From: Felis catus
Taxonomy: Eukaryota
DNA length: 64,000 nucleotides
Assembly (NCBI RefSeq): GCF_018350175.1
Contig: NC_058368.1
Location: 211,546,001 to 211,610,000, forward strand
Direction: 5' to 3'
The notes under the pieces were generated by a model. The model did no database searches. It saw nothing but the letters and a program-made list of their open reading frames with translations, and was not told the DNA's origin. The translations under genes were made by a program, and so were the position numbers. Below are positions 13,216 to 25,613 of the stretch, piece after piece (the stretch's first letter is position 1; every line of letters begins with the position of its first letter).

Positions 13216-14125
13216 ACTTAAAAAAAATTCTTCTTTATCTCTGGTTAACCCAAATAACCCCCGACCCCAACAACAAAACCGCCATCTTGCAGGAAGATGT
13301 CAGGAGAGTTTTCATGGTCCTAAGGTCCCCTTCTCTGATCCACCCTTTCTCTGATGGTCAGAACTGACTTTCATTACACTTTCAGCACAGCTGTTGTTTT
13401 CAAGGTTGGGTTGTTGCACTTCTAATCTTAATAGAATCAGCATCCACCACCCTACCCCTTATCAGAGAGTAGGACAGAAACATTACCTGAAAAACAGAAT
13501 CCTGGGGCGAAGAATTTCTGACAATGCCAGAAGGTATTTGGAATAGTATTTCCAATTGCAAATTCAAAACCTCTACTCTTGCACTCAACAAAAGATGGCT
13601 AATTATTATTATATATTACTGGGTTTTAAAGCTGGGAGTTCTTGCCTCCTTTCCTGTCCCAGTAATTACAGTTAGGTCAGTGTTTCTAACTTATGTCAAC
13701 ATATGATCAAGATCATATGACCTTGAGTCCAGCAAGAAGTGAAACCACTCAGCCCTAAAAATCAAATAGAAAATCACTCTCCCTTCCTGGCTGGAATGCC
13801 CAGTAAAAGGTGCAATACACTTAATTGTGTTCCCTCCACTTTCCCCATCCCAGTTAACCCATTGCCACATTTGCATGGTTTCCTCGCTAAAAACATGAAG
13901 TTATTTTGCAAATCTCATTTGTGTCTAATGTGACTTAACAGCTATTCTAAATACAATGGGTTGAGGAACAGAAAGCATAAAGTAGAGATCTAAAATGACA
14001 TTAATAGATGGTTTAAAATGATAAGAAAAATCTGAAATAGCGTCTTTATAGTTGAAACTTAGAAATCTATTTGAAGAATTCACAATTTTAACAGAACTAT
14101 AACTCCTTATTCAAAAAGAAAATAA

Positions 14126-14249
14126 GGGGCACCTGGGTGGCTCAGTCGGTTGAGCGTCTGACTCGATTTCAGCTCAGGTCATGATTTCACAGTGAGTTTG
14201 AGCCCCGCTTCGAGCTGTGCACTGACAGTGTGGAGTCTGCTTAGGATAT

Positions 14250-14299
<50 letters not shown>

Positions 14300-14351
14300 C
14301 CTCTCCTGCTTGTGAGTGCTCTCTCTAAATAAACTTAAAAAGAAGAAGAAG
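14126..14351 (+). mobile_element. CAN-SINE with expanded (CT)n
   Basis: SINE head; (CT) run ~14255-14296. Confidence 0.93.
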
Positions 14352-14364
14352 AAAAAGAAAACTT

Positions 14365-14560
14365 GGGGCGCTTTGGGTGGCTCAGTCGGTTAAGTATCTG
14401 ACTTCGGCTCAGGTCATGATCTCACAGTTTGCGGGTTAGAGCTCCGCATTGGGCTCTGTGCTGACAGCTCAGAGCCTGGAGCCTGCTTCAGATTCTGTGG
14501 CTCCTTCTCTCTCTCTGCCCCTCCCCTGCTCATGACCTCTTTCAAAAAAAAAAAAAGACA
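14365..14560 (+). mobile_element. CAN-SINE, in tandem with the previous one
   Basis: Flanked by aaaagaaaact on both sides. Confidence 0.93.
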
Positions 14561-15884
14561 AAAGAAAACTCAAATAGGGCAATGTAGATCAGAATAGGAT
14601 TACCTCAGGAAATTATACCCAGAGAAGATGAAAATATTAAACAGTTAATTGATGAAAAAAGAAGTCAAGCCTGAGGATCTTCCTTTTTAAAAGTTTTATT
14701 TTTTTAATGCCAATGTTACAAAGTCACAATGTTACAATGTTACAAATGTTACAATGTTACAAAGACACTCTTTGCTGTGTCTTTGCAGACGTTTTATTTA
14801 TTTGTAGAAGAAAATGCATTCACATAAGCCCCCTTCTCTTATGAATAGAAACAGAAATAGAAATCAGCAGCCAGAGTTCACGTGCACCAAAATCCACACA
14901 TCATGTCCTTTAACCCTCATGATGGCCCAAAAGGCAGGCACAGAGATGTTAAGTCACAAAGCCAAGTGCGCTACAGGACTTGTGGCCAAAATCTATCAGC
15001 CTCAATTGCTACACTCACTGCCCCTTCTTTAAGGCAAAAACCACAGTCAAACCTTCTTCTGCCATCCCTAATTTACAAAGAATTAACTTTCCTCCTCTTG
15101 ACTCTTACCATTCGCCCGCCTCTAATAAAACTACCCATCGTCTTTTCTTTCTCTCTCATCTGGATGTCCAAAAAGTTTCCAAGTCCACTTTGGATCTACT
15201 AGGTCCTTTCTGTCCATGTGTGGACTTCTTTTCCTTTAGTCTTTTATCCCTTCTCACCTAAATAACCATCTGCTAGCCCATTCTCCCATGGCAAGACCTA
15301 ACGCACTCCAAGTCACCTACACAGCCCTCATGATCAATTTCCTGGAGGCAAGCACCCAGGTGGGTCACTTAGGAACCTTTAATGACTCCCTAAAGAAATT
15401 AAATAAATCACTTCATCCAGGAGTCATGGACCTAGATGCCCCCAAATCAGTTTCCTCCCCTATTTTCCCACAAGGCCACGTCATTAGAGATAGAGTGGAC
15501 CACAGGCAGCACATCTCACGAGTTCCACCTCCACACCTTTGGGAAGGCTAGAGTTGACTATCAAGAATGACCTCAGCCACACCTCTCTCAGAATTCTCCC
15601 CATCTTACAAGATTCTTCCTTTTGTCAGTCTGTCCTTCCCCTCCCTAACCCCTCCTTTTCTTAGAACCTCTTCACCATTGCCTCTTTCTCCAATTTCATT
15701 CTGTGTTACCATTTTCCCCATCCTGAACTATCACCATCACCGTCTACATTCTAGCCTCTCAGGAGACAGGGATGGGAGATTGCTCACCTTAGCATCTTCT
15801 GGAGTACTCACTGAAGACACTCAAAAATGCTTATTCAATTTATCTGAAAATCCATTTTGCAGGGATTATGCATCCCTCTGAACC

Positions 15885-16044
15885 TTTTTTTTTTTTTAAA
15901 GTTTATTTATTTTGAGAGAGACAGAGTCCCAAGCAGGCTCCGCACAGCCTGACGCGGGGCTCGAACTCATGAATCGTGAGATCATGACCCGAGCCGGAAA
16001 CCGAAAGTTGGATACTTAACTGATTGAACCACCCAAGGTGCCCC
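15885..16044 (-). mobile_element. CAN-SINE, internally deleted
   Basis: TSD tctgaaccttt; shortened body. Confidence 0.9.
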
Positions 16045-16264
16045 TCTTCTGAACCTTTAAAGCATGTACTTTATATCACTTATACAGTACTTGGATTCTG
16101 TCTTGAATATTAATTATTCCACATGCAAATGTCCTGTATCCTCAGTGAAAAGTACAAGTTCTCTGAAGAACCAGGTCTCCATTTTTATGAATGGATCCAG
16201 GAACTTGCATCTAATAGGTATTAAATATATATTCTTACAATATTTATGTGATTCCCCCAACAAA

Positions 16265-16520
16265 GCTGCGTTTCTCCAAGGTTTTCTGTTCCTCAAAGTA
16301 CACACCCCAGGGTTTTATAGTAAAAAATATTGTACCACCCCCCCCCACACACAATCTTATCCTTTCTTAGACATTTACAGTGTACATTAACATCTCAAAG
16401 GAACTGAGAAGTCCCATAATAAAGAAACCTAAGCAGGACATTTTCTAAACTTATTTGACAAGGAAAACTTTTCTTGCTTATAAATCTGTTAATATACAGC
16501 AGTGCCACTTGGAGAAATCA
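16265..16520. mobile_element. Possible MER103-like hAT fragment
   Basis: gaagtcccataataaagaaacct...ttttctaaacttatttgac motif. Confidence 0.4.
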
Positions 16521-17014
16521 ACCTAAAGTATCTGAAGCAACACCCTATGCATAACTAAGTGCACAGCAAATCGCATATATAAGACATTTTATATTTTATA
16601 GCACATTTTCAACACATCATTACAACTGCACTCCCTCAATACACAGACTTGTAAGTAGGAAATGAAAAAGAAGGGAAAATCTCACTGTCTTGCTTTCCTC
16701 CAATCCCCTCTACTTGTTACTCAACATTCCATTCCTTCCTTTGTGCATGAAATCAACTGAAATCTCCTTTTCTTCAGTTACTGTGAGACACTAAGGATAC
16801 AAGGGACCCAATTTATTCTTCCCATTAAGGGACTTGTTTGTTCCAGCTTATTAGAACTGAGAGGGTCCTTAGGTATAAACTCCAAATTATACTCTTGGGG
16901 GAAGAAAGGTAGGTTTTAGGGTCAGGAAATCTACCTTGAAGACATAGAGAAATTAGGTGGCTCGATTAATAATAAAACCTTAGCTTAAAAGAAATGTAAA
17001 GTTCCAAACGTAGA

Positions 17015-17341
17015 GTTATATCAATAAGGATTAAGTTTGTACATGGAAGAAAACCCAAAATAACAGTGGCTTAAACGAGATAGAAGTCTCTACATACAAA
17101 CAGTTTGAGAGGAGCCCAGAGCTGACAGGACAGCCCCAAGGACACCTGAGATCAAGTCTCCATCTATCTGTTCCATCAACCTAACACAAGGCTTCCATCT
17201 TTAAGATCACCTCAGGGCCTAGGGGCACCTGGGTGGCTCAGTCAGTTCAGTGTCCGACTTGGGATCTGGTCATGATCTCTTGGTTCATGAGTTTGAACCT
17301 TGCATTAGGCTCCCACTGTCAGTGCAGAGCCTGCTTGGAAA

Positions 17342-17372
<31 letters not shown>

Positions 17373-17399
17373 ACCCCTCCTCCACTTATACTTGTGTTA

Positions 17400-17434
<35 letters not shown>

Positions 17435-17804
17435 CTCTCTCTCTCTCAAAATAAATAACCTTAAAAAAAAAAAAAAAAAGATTACCTCAGGGCCCAAAAT
17501 AGCAGCTGGAATGCTAACCATCAAGTACTCATCCCAGTGGGGGAAAAAGATAATGATGGAATAGGCAAAAAATGTGTAGCTTTCAGCAGAGTGATAAAAG
17601 CCTTTCTACAGCCCTTCTCCAGTCCTCCACGTCACTTCTTGTTGACGAGGACCTGGTCACACAGCTGAAACCAGCTCAAAGAAGACTGGGAAGTGTGGTC
17701 TTTTAGCTGAGTATGCTGCATCTCCAATTTTTTAAGTGGAGTTCTATCACTAAGAAAGACCAGGAGGAAGGATATTGGACAGTCTACTAGTAATCTCTGC
17801 CATA
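17015..17804 (-). mobile_element. Old MaLR (MLT1J-like) LTR interrupted by a SINE
   Basis: aaaacccaaaataacagtggcttaaac...ggtcacacagc...gaagactgggaagtgtggtctttt...aatctctgccata. Confidence 0.65.
17222..17478 (+). mobile_element. CAN-SINE
   Basis: TSD aagat(c/t)acctcagggcc; long (CT)n and poly-A. Confidence 0.95.
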
Positions 17805-17865
17805 AGGAAGGAAAAAGACATTAGACTCCTACTACCTTCAAATGCTGGTCAGAAGTTATTTAGCC

Positions 17866-18072
17866 CAGTGTCTCTCAAGCCCATTCATTGATAAGAATCA
17901 CCTGCAAGGGATGGGTGGTGAAAGGGTGGGAGGAGATTCTCACTGAAATATAGATTCCCAGGCTCCACCCAGACCTACTGAACCAGAATCTCCAGGGAGA
18001 GGACCTGGGGATCCCTGTTTTTAGCATGCACCCTAGGTGATTCTTATCATCGAGCAAGTATGGGAAACACTG
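17866..18072. mobile_element. MER5-family hAT-Charlie MITE
   Basis: Termini cagtg...cactg; agaatcacctg, cccagacctactgaaccagaatctc and ggtgattct motifs. Confidence 0.8.
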
Positions 18073-18351
18073 AAATCCAATCTTCCAACCAACTTGGCCG
18101 TCTCAGCAAATTCCTGAGACTTGGGGCCTCAGAGGCAGTCAGTCAGAGACACGGAAGTTCTTTCTCATACTGGGGGAACTTCTGTCAGAGGGCCGGCCCT
18201 GTGGGAAGAGACCAAGGGTGCTTCACCATAAAGAAATTACAGAAACAATTATGAATCAAGCAACCAAGTGTTTTAACCGGCCATCTCTGTCACATGAACA
18301 AATCCGATCACGTAAAATCAGCCCATTTCCTTACGGAAAGCTTTAGGATGA

Positions 18352-18537
18352 TTTTTTTTTTTTAACATTTATTTATTTTTGAGACAGAGAGAGACAGAGC
18401 ATGAATGGGGGAGGGTCAGAGAGAGGGAGACACAAAATCTGAAACAGGCTCCAGGCTCCGAGCTGTCAGCACAGAGCCCAACGCAGGGCTCGAACTCACG
18501 GACCGCGAGATCATGACCTGAGCCACCCAGGCACCCC
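18352..18537 (-). mobile_element. CAN-SINE with an internal deletion between two ctgagcc microhomologies
   Basis: atcatgacctgagccacccaggcacccc junction. Confidence 0.93.
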
Positions 18538-18994
18538 TGATTTTTATTATATTATTTGAGAAAGTGCCCCGGGCAGCGTAGAGGCAGAGAATGATGAGGG
18601 AGGGAGCAAAAGAGAATATCTTAAGCAGGCTCCATGTTCCTTCTGCCTCCAAACTAAGGAACTGAGGACATGTTAGTTACCTGTATTCTAATCATCCTAG
18701 CAGCTTTGAAACCCAGGGGACCTAAGGACAAATGTGATGGATGAACCCTAGGACTGCAGGGGATTTTGACTTCATTTCCCTCACCCAGGCTAATACTGAG
18801 AAAATCTGGTGGGGGGAGAAGAGGGCTTAATGATACCAGAAACCGCTTCTATCTGGCATGACCTTTCCATGGATGAAAAAGATTCCAAACTTATATTTGG
18901 TCTGATGTTTCCTTATGAGTGAGGAATTCACCCTTGGAATGTCACGAATAAAAGAATGAAGTGCATTAAAGGGAGATTCCTTTTCACCTACTGG

Positions 18995-19437
18995 GGTTAT
19001 GTTCTGAATTGTGTTCTCCAAAAAAGATAGGAAGTCCTAACCTCCAGTACCTCAGAAAGTACCTTATATGGAAATAGGGTCTTTGCAGAGGAATTAGAGT
19101 TAAAATGAGGGTAGGCCTCAGTCCAATGACTGGTGTCCTTCTTAAAATGGGAAATTCGGACAGAGACAGACACGCATGGAGGGAAGCCAGCCGACGTGAA
19201 GACGGAGGACTGGAGCCTGGAGCTGTGGTGCTGCAAGCCAGGCTGCTAAAGATGGCTGCAGGCTATTGGAAGCTAGGGGGGAGCAAGGAAGATAGGTTTC
19301 AGAGGGAACATGGCCCTGCCGCCATCTTGCCTTCAGACGTCTAGCCTCCAGAACTGCGAGACAAGACACTATTATTGCATCTAAGCCCCCACCTAGTTTA
19401 CGGAACTTTGTTATTTCAGCCCTAGTAAGTGAATACA
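18995..19437 (+). mobile_element. MaLR (MLT1B/C-like) solo LTR
   Basis: gttatgttctgaattgtg...gaagtcctaacctccagtacctcaga...ggaaatagggtctttgcag...tagcctccagaactgcgaga...gaataca. Confidence 0.85.
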
Positions 19438-19792
19438 GTTGGTTAGTGGGGATGCATTTCCTCACCAAGGTCAAATTCAATAACCTCAGTTTAAGACTGA
19501 AGCTATTTGCCTATACAATTGAGTGGAGAACAAAAGAACCACAAATGCAGGACCACATGAAAATAATTTAAACTGCCTTTAAGCCAGGCTTCACATTGCA
19601 CTTTTCTCCGGGATGGTTTGAAACCCAGGTTCCTCCACTTATTATTAATGACAAGGGCAGGTATTCTGTTGCCTCGAAGATCAGGGACTATCTACAACGT
19701 TGCTTCCTTACTACATGACTGCTTGTTAACCTGGTTCTAAACACTTTCTACTCAGGACAGTCTTCACAGAAGCCTTAAAAATACCCAGGCCA

Positions 19793-19975
19793 GGGGGAGC
19801 CTGGGTGGCTCAGTCGGTTGAGTGTCCGACTTTGGCTCAGGTCCTGATCTCACGGTTTGTGGGTTCGAGCCCAGAGCCTGGAACCTGCTTCGGATTCTGT
19901 GTCTCCCTTTCTCTCTGCCCATCCTCCACTTGGACGCACGCTCTCTCTCTCAAAAATAAACATTAAAAAATTTTT
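19793..19975 (+). mobile_element. CAN-SINE (internally deleted) inserted in a MER5-like fragment (~19770-20115)
   Basis: TSD aaaaataccca(g/t)gcca; downstream ctccccaggtaattttaatgtgcag...gttaagaacaactg MER5-like end. Confidence 0.9.
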
Positions 19976-20272
19976 AAAAATACCCATGCCACACTCCTCT
20001 TCAGAATATGAATTCAGTTGGTTTGGGAGTGGGTGGGATGAAGAACAGTAATAGTTTGTTGTTTTTTTTAACTCCCCAGGTAATTTTAATGTGCAGAGGG
20101 AGTTAAGAACAACTGCCCAAGTTTATAGGGGTAAAGGTTTTTGTTTTTTTTTCCAAACAATAGATGGGAGAGAAAACCCTCCAACTCCAAAATACTAGGA
20201 AAACCCATCCTCTGTGAAGTTGACATTAAGTATCCATTGTCTTTGAAAGTTGACTTTAGAAATCAAATTTCT

Positions 20273-20502
20273 TTTTTTTTTTATAATATGTAATTTTTTT
20301 TAATGTTTATTTATTTTTGAGACAGAGAGAGACAGAGCATGAACGGGGGAGGGTCAGAGAGAGGGAGACACAGAATCGGAAACAGGCTCCAGGCTCTGAG
20401 CTGTCAGCACAGTGCCCGATGCGGGGCTCGAACTCACGGACCGCGAGATCTTGACCTGAGCCGAAGTCGGCCGCCCAACGGACTGAGCCACCCAGGCGCC
20501 CC
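20273..20502 (-). mobile_element. CAN-SINE, young
   Basis: Perfect 16-bp TSD tagaaatcaaatttct (20257-20272 / 20503-20518). Confidence 0.97.
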
Positions 20503-22219
20503 TAGAAATCAAATTTCTATATGAATAACATCACTATTTGATGGGCGATGACTCCACACAGGTTCTCAGGCATCTAATTTCATCTGTGGCATAACTGTCA
20601 TTTATATCAATCCTACCCCTCCAAGGTTTTAATAGAAAGTAAAATTTTATTGTAGTTTAAAAAAAAAAAAAGCAACTGATATTTTCACTATTTTAACTTG
20701 GCAAAATATCTACATCCAAAAATACCCACCACCAATGAAATATGTTCTAAGTAAATTTAAGAAAACTTTTTCTGTTTTGGTAAAAAGGGCAAGGTAATTA
20801 CTTGATAGTTGTTCAACAGCTGACATGATTATATGGTCAGAACTCTGCAGACTGCTTACAAGCACTGAAATTTCTTTCTTAGCTGTTTTGTTACTTTAAA
20901 TATGGTTCTGAAGAGTATATTAAATTGTATCTTCAATTATATGTATGTAAAACTCAGAGAGCAGCTTAGCTTTTTATACCACCTAATTTCTTGACAAGCT
21001 AACTTTTCCTTCCTCCACTTCAGAAACAAAAATTCATAAATAAAGTAGACAAAGAAGACATCAAGAGCCTTTTTCTTCTTCCTTCCTCTCTCTCTTCCTG
21101 CCTCAATCTCTCTTCTCTTGACATTTGTTCAAAGCTTTGATTTTCCCCTTAGACATAAGGTCAGAGACAGATTTCCTGTCTACAGCTCTGCTTTGTGCTT
21201 AAGGAAACGTGAAAAAAAGCCCTGCATATTTCAAAGAAGGTCATTATAGCCACTATATACAATAGGATCACATTCTTTCCTCCTTGTTTGTCCTTAACCA
21301 ATGGAGATTACAAGAAATGTCATGGACGAGAGGAAGAAGAGGACACACTTTGAGTCAGAGGGAGCCTTGAACATGCTCCAATTAAGAAGTGCATTCTTTT
21401 TTCCAGATGCCCGTGGGACTTTGCACAACTCCAGTAAAAATAAATGTACTGCGTTCGGACTCCATTACAGAAGCAATTACCAGTGGACACAGAGATGGAT
21501 GGGAGCAGAGGGGGTTGGAAAGAGGCCTGAACAGGAAACACAGAACTTTAAAGCTTAATGAGACTTTGGAGAGCATCTTATTTTACCCATGCGGAAGCCC
21601 AAGGAAGGGCACGGACTTGCAGGAGCCTCACACATGTACTGGCAAAGCCAAGGTCAGTAAACGCAGCCCGCTGTTCTGTCCACAAAATCGCCTGCCAAGT
21701 CTTGACGCCATCCGGAAGAAACAGTAAGACGTTGAGCCAACCTCTTTGCCTCTCTGGCCTCATGTTTTACATATTTATCATGTCTTAATATGCTGTAATT
21801 GATGGGGGGTGCTGAAAGCTAGAGGTCTTGACTGAGTTACCGCCTCTTGTTAAGAACATGAAAAGTTTTCTGCAGTGGAAAGAGGATACTTCTCATGAAA
21901 TGCAATCCACAGCCCAAAGTTCAAGGTCAAAGAACCACATGTTGCATATCCAGAGAGACACAAGCATGACCTCTGTGCCCGTAAGATGGCACAGATAACC
22001 CGGCCTTTCAAGCTGAGAAAAGCACTCCTGCTGTAATGGGAACCAGCAAGAGAGTACAAGGCATAAGTCAGGAAAAAAAGTTTACGAGTACTTTGTGATA
22101 CAGCATAATGGACAACAGGCCCAACACCAATGCAATGGTATTCTGAAATGAAAAACTCCTTCCACAAATCCAGAACTCCATGCCTCAAGTATCATCTTTA
22201 AAATGTGAATAGTGTCTTT

Positions 22220-22440
22220 GGGGCGCCCGGATGGCTTCGGTTAAGCTTCCGACTCTTGATCGCAGCTCAGGTCATGATCTCACGGTTTGTGAGTTCGAGC
22301 CCCACATCAGGCTCTGTGTTGATGGTGCAGAGTCTGCTTGGGATTCTGTCTCTCCTTCCCTCTGTCCCTCCCCTAGCTGTGTGCATGCACGCTCTCACTC
22401 TCTCTTTCTCTCTCAAAATAAATAAATAAAGTTAAAAAAT
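22220..22440 (+). mobile_element. CAN-SINE
   Basis: SINE head and tail; degraded TSD aaaatgt..atagtgtct. Confidence 0.93.
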
Positions 22441-23242
22441 AAAATGTCAACATAGTGTCTAAGTATCAGCCTCCAATCCATTACTCAGCCTGAGATATTT
22501 TGAGTAAGGGCCTACCAAATATGGGGGAAATCATAAAAGCAGGGAAAAAAATCCTTAAGTGACATTATATTTATGTTTACCTTATCAGAAATCTCATTGT
22601 GTCCAGTTTAATGGGTAACTTTTAATATGGGAAGATATACTCATTCCATGGGTCATACAAAACCAAGGCTTCTGAGGTGGGCGATTCAACATTTTAAGGA
22701 AAAGTATGAATTATGTGAAGGTCAAGTCCCTTTTTAAAAGTATATTATGAGGCATAAGAAAAATAAGGAAGTGGTTATAAATCTGAGTTCCAAGAATGGT
22801 AACTCCCTTGTATGGACAGAGAAACACAGTGGGGCGGAACAATTACATTCCTATGCTACGAGAACACTTAACAGAAAAAAAAAAAACCACAAAGGCCAAA
22901 ATCACATTTAAAAAAATGCATTTCATTGGGATGCTCCATATTGAAGTTAGTGTTGTTCAACCAGCAGCCACAGCTCAAATTCTTAAGTTTCGACGGTAAA
23001 TGGTCGGATATCACTTATTCAAATACAGAGGTGGTTTGCACACATCAGAAGGAAAAAACAAAGTGGTCATAAACTGGTTCCACAAGCAAAGAACCTAAGT
23101 GGGCTGGCCGCATCCCAAGCATAAAGACAAGGGCCGGACAGTGCTGAGGGAGAGATAACTTAGGAGATCAATACCCTTTCACTTCCAGTCTTACAGATGT
23201 GAGGTGTGCATTTTCAGCTTTGTTTTCTTGTCAGGGTCTAAT

Positions 23243-23708
23243 ACAGCGTTATCCAAGAGAAATCTAATGTAAGCCACATTTTCTATTTTTTGATAGCCAC
23301 ATTTTTAAAAATTAAAAAGAAACCTGAAATTATATTTATGTAACCCTACAAAACCAAAATAGTAGCATTTCAGCATGAAATCAACATGAAAACTATTAAT
23401 GGGATAGTTTACATTTTTTTCATCCCACATCTTCAAAATCATGCACATTTATAGGAAGTACATCTCCATTCTGGTGCTACATTTTTATCAGAAACACTTA
23501 ACATGTAATTAAATTTCATGAAATCCAGATTAAAAAATTCATACTCCAGTTGTTCCAAACATAAAAAAACAAGTTTTCCAACATCTGAGTTAATGATTTT
23601 AAAATTTAAATTTATCCAAGTAAATAAAATTACTTTATTGGTCATGCAAGCTACATTTCAAGTGCTCAACATACGCATGTGTAGGTGGCCACAGGAGTGG
23701 ACAGGCAG
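23243..23708 (+). mobile_element. MER33/Charlie1-like hAT element
   Basis: cagcgttatccaagagaaat...agccacat and gctacatttcaagtgctcaa...gtggccacaggagtggacag termini. Confidence 0.7.
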
Positions 23709-25391
23709 AGTCTCCTACCCTCACGGAGTCATTTCTGTTTCCAACTTCTCACACAAGTCAGGCAATAAAACAAACTCAAAGTCAATCCACAGGAAAATAA
23801 AAATAATTTCTTCATTATCCAAAACCTTTATGAACTTCAGCTTATGGAATACAGAAATGGAACAAATACTATCTCCTAAAAAACCAAATTTGATACAGGA
23901 GATCTATAACTGGGGATAGAAAATATTGGGAAAGAAAAGTGAAGATTGTGTGCATTTCTGTCTTATTTATTCTTCACAATACCCTATAAGGGGCGTATTT
24001 TTCTAAAATACCCATTTTTACTAACTAGGAAACAGGCTCAGGGAAGTCAGAGATAGTTAAGAGGGGCACAGAGAATTTGAGACTAACTAATGAATGAAAT
24101 TAACCCTTAGGAGATATTTTCTGGCTTTGGTTCACAAAATGCAGCCCAGCCAGTCAAGTAATTCTGGATCCTGCCTCCCCCTAAGAGAGGTCAGGAGAAG
24201 ACAGTTGGGAGCATGCATCTGCATGGCTCTCCATTTTTAATGAAAACGTCATGATCTAAAAACCCTTACAGTAACACACACAACTTTCTCTCTTAGGACT
24301 AAGTGCCCGGGAGTGGATCCCACTGACCAGCTGTGACAAAGCTTTCCAGGTGACTGCGCTGAACAGTGAGGCTGACGATTTATGGAACCAGATTACACCT
24401 AATCTTCAGTTTGCACCAGGGTGGCCTAGCAGGGGGTGGGGAGAGCTTCCCTGGGCCCCACTCCCAGCATTAGGTAGACCTGGGATGAACCCAAGAATTT
24501 CTGCCAATTCCCCAAGATCACTGATGGTCTTGGCATCATGCTTGGAGAACCACTGAAGTATAAGAAAGATAAATGGACTTAAATGAGGTGAAGAAAAGAA
24601 CCACCACAGATTCTCTCAACCTTCTTCGTTAGGGCAATCTACTAGGCTTACGACTACATTAGCAAAGGGCCGGAAAGTCACTGCTGGGAGCAGAGATGTG
24701 CTGGAGTCACAGGTTGTAGCTTCCTCTTACTTTCAGGTCAGAAGACGCAAAAATGTAGACCTAGGGCCCAGAGACCTTTTTATTCCAAGCTAACTCATGC
24801 TGAAACCTCAGGGACCCCGCACGTGTATGGGTTCTTCCAAGGCCTAGAAATACGCTCACAGAGCCAGAGAGACAGACACAAAATCTTTTGGTATTTCTTA
24901 AAACAAGGACTCCCTTATATTTTTGTATAAACTGTAGGCTCCCCACAATAGATCTGCCCTTGGAAACCTCTTGTCCCTGTTCATATCCTCCAGACTTTTT
25001 TCCAGGAAGAGAAAAACATTAAAAGTTTTCAAACATCACAAATGTGTTTAGCACTTAATGTTTTTATCCCTTAATAGTAACATATGACACTGTTTTAATA
25101 GATTTCCAGTTTTTATAGATTTAAAAGTATCACCCTGCTGAATATCCTTAAAACTAAATATTTTTGCCCATCCCTATGTCCTCAGTGTTCCTCTAAGTAG
25201 AAGTGTTGATACTTACCAAATGCATGTTTTTCATTTCTTTTAATTATGTCATGTAATTCTGTAACTTGAATCTCTCTTCACTTAATTTCTCATATGCACT
25301 TTCCCAGCTGCTATATAATTTTTTAAGCTTAACATTTTTAAGGACTCTAGAACATTCCTCTCTATGGATACAGAATAATTTGCCTACTTCT

Positions 25392-25613
25392 TTTTTTTTT
25401 AATTTTTTTTAATGTTTATTTATTTTTGAGACAGAGACAGACAGAGCATGAATGGGGGAGGGTCAGAGAGAGAGGGAGACACAGAATCCGAAGCAGGCTC
25501 CAGGCTCTGAGCTGTCAGGACAGAGCCTGACGCGGGGCTCAAACTCACGAACCGTGAGATCATGACCTGAGCCGAAGTCGGAGGCTCAACCAACTGAGCC
25601 ACCCAGGCGCCCC
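25392..25613 (-). mobile_element. CAN-SINE
   Basis: Perfect 16-bp TSD taatttgcctacttct (25376-25391 / 25614-25629). Confidence 0.97.
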
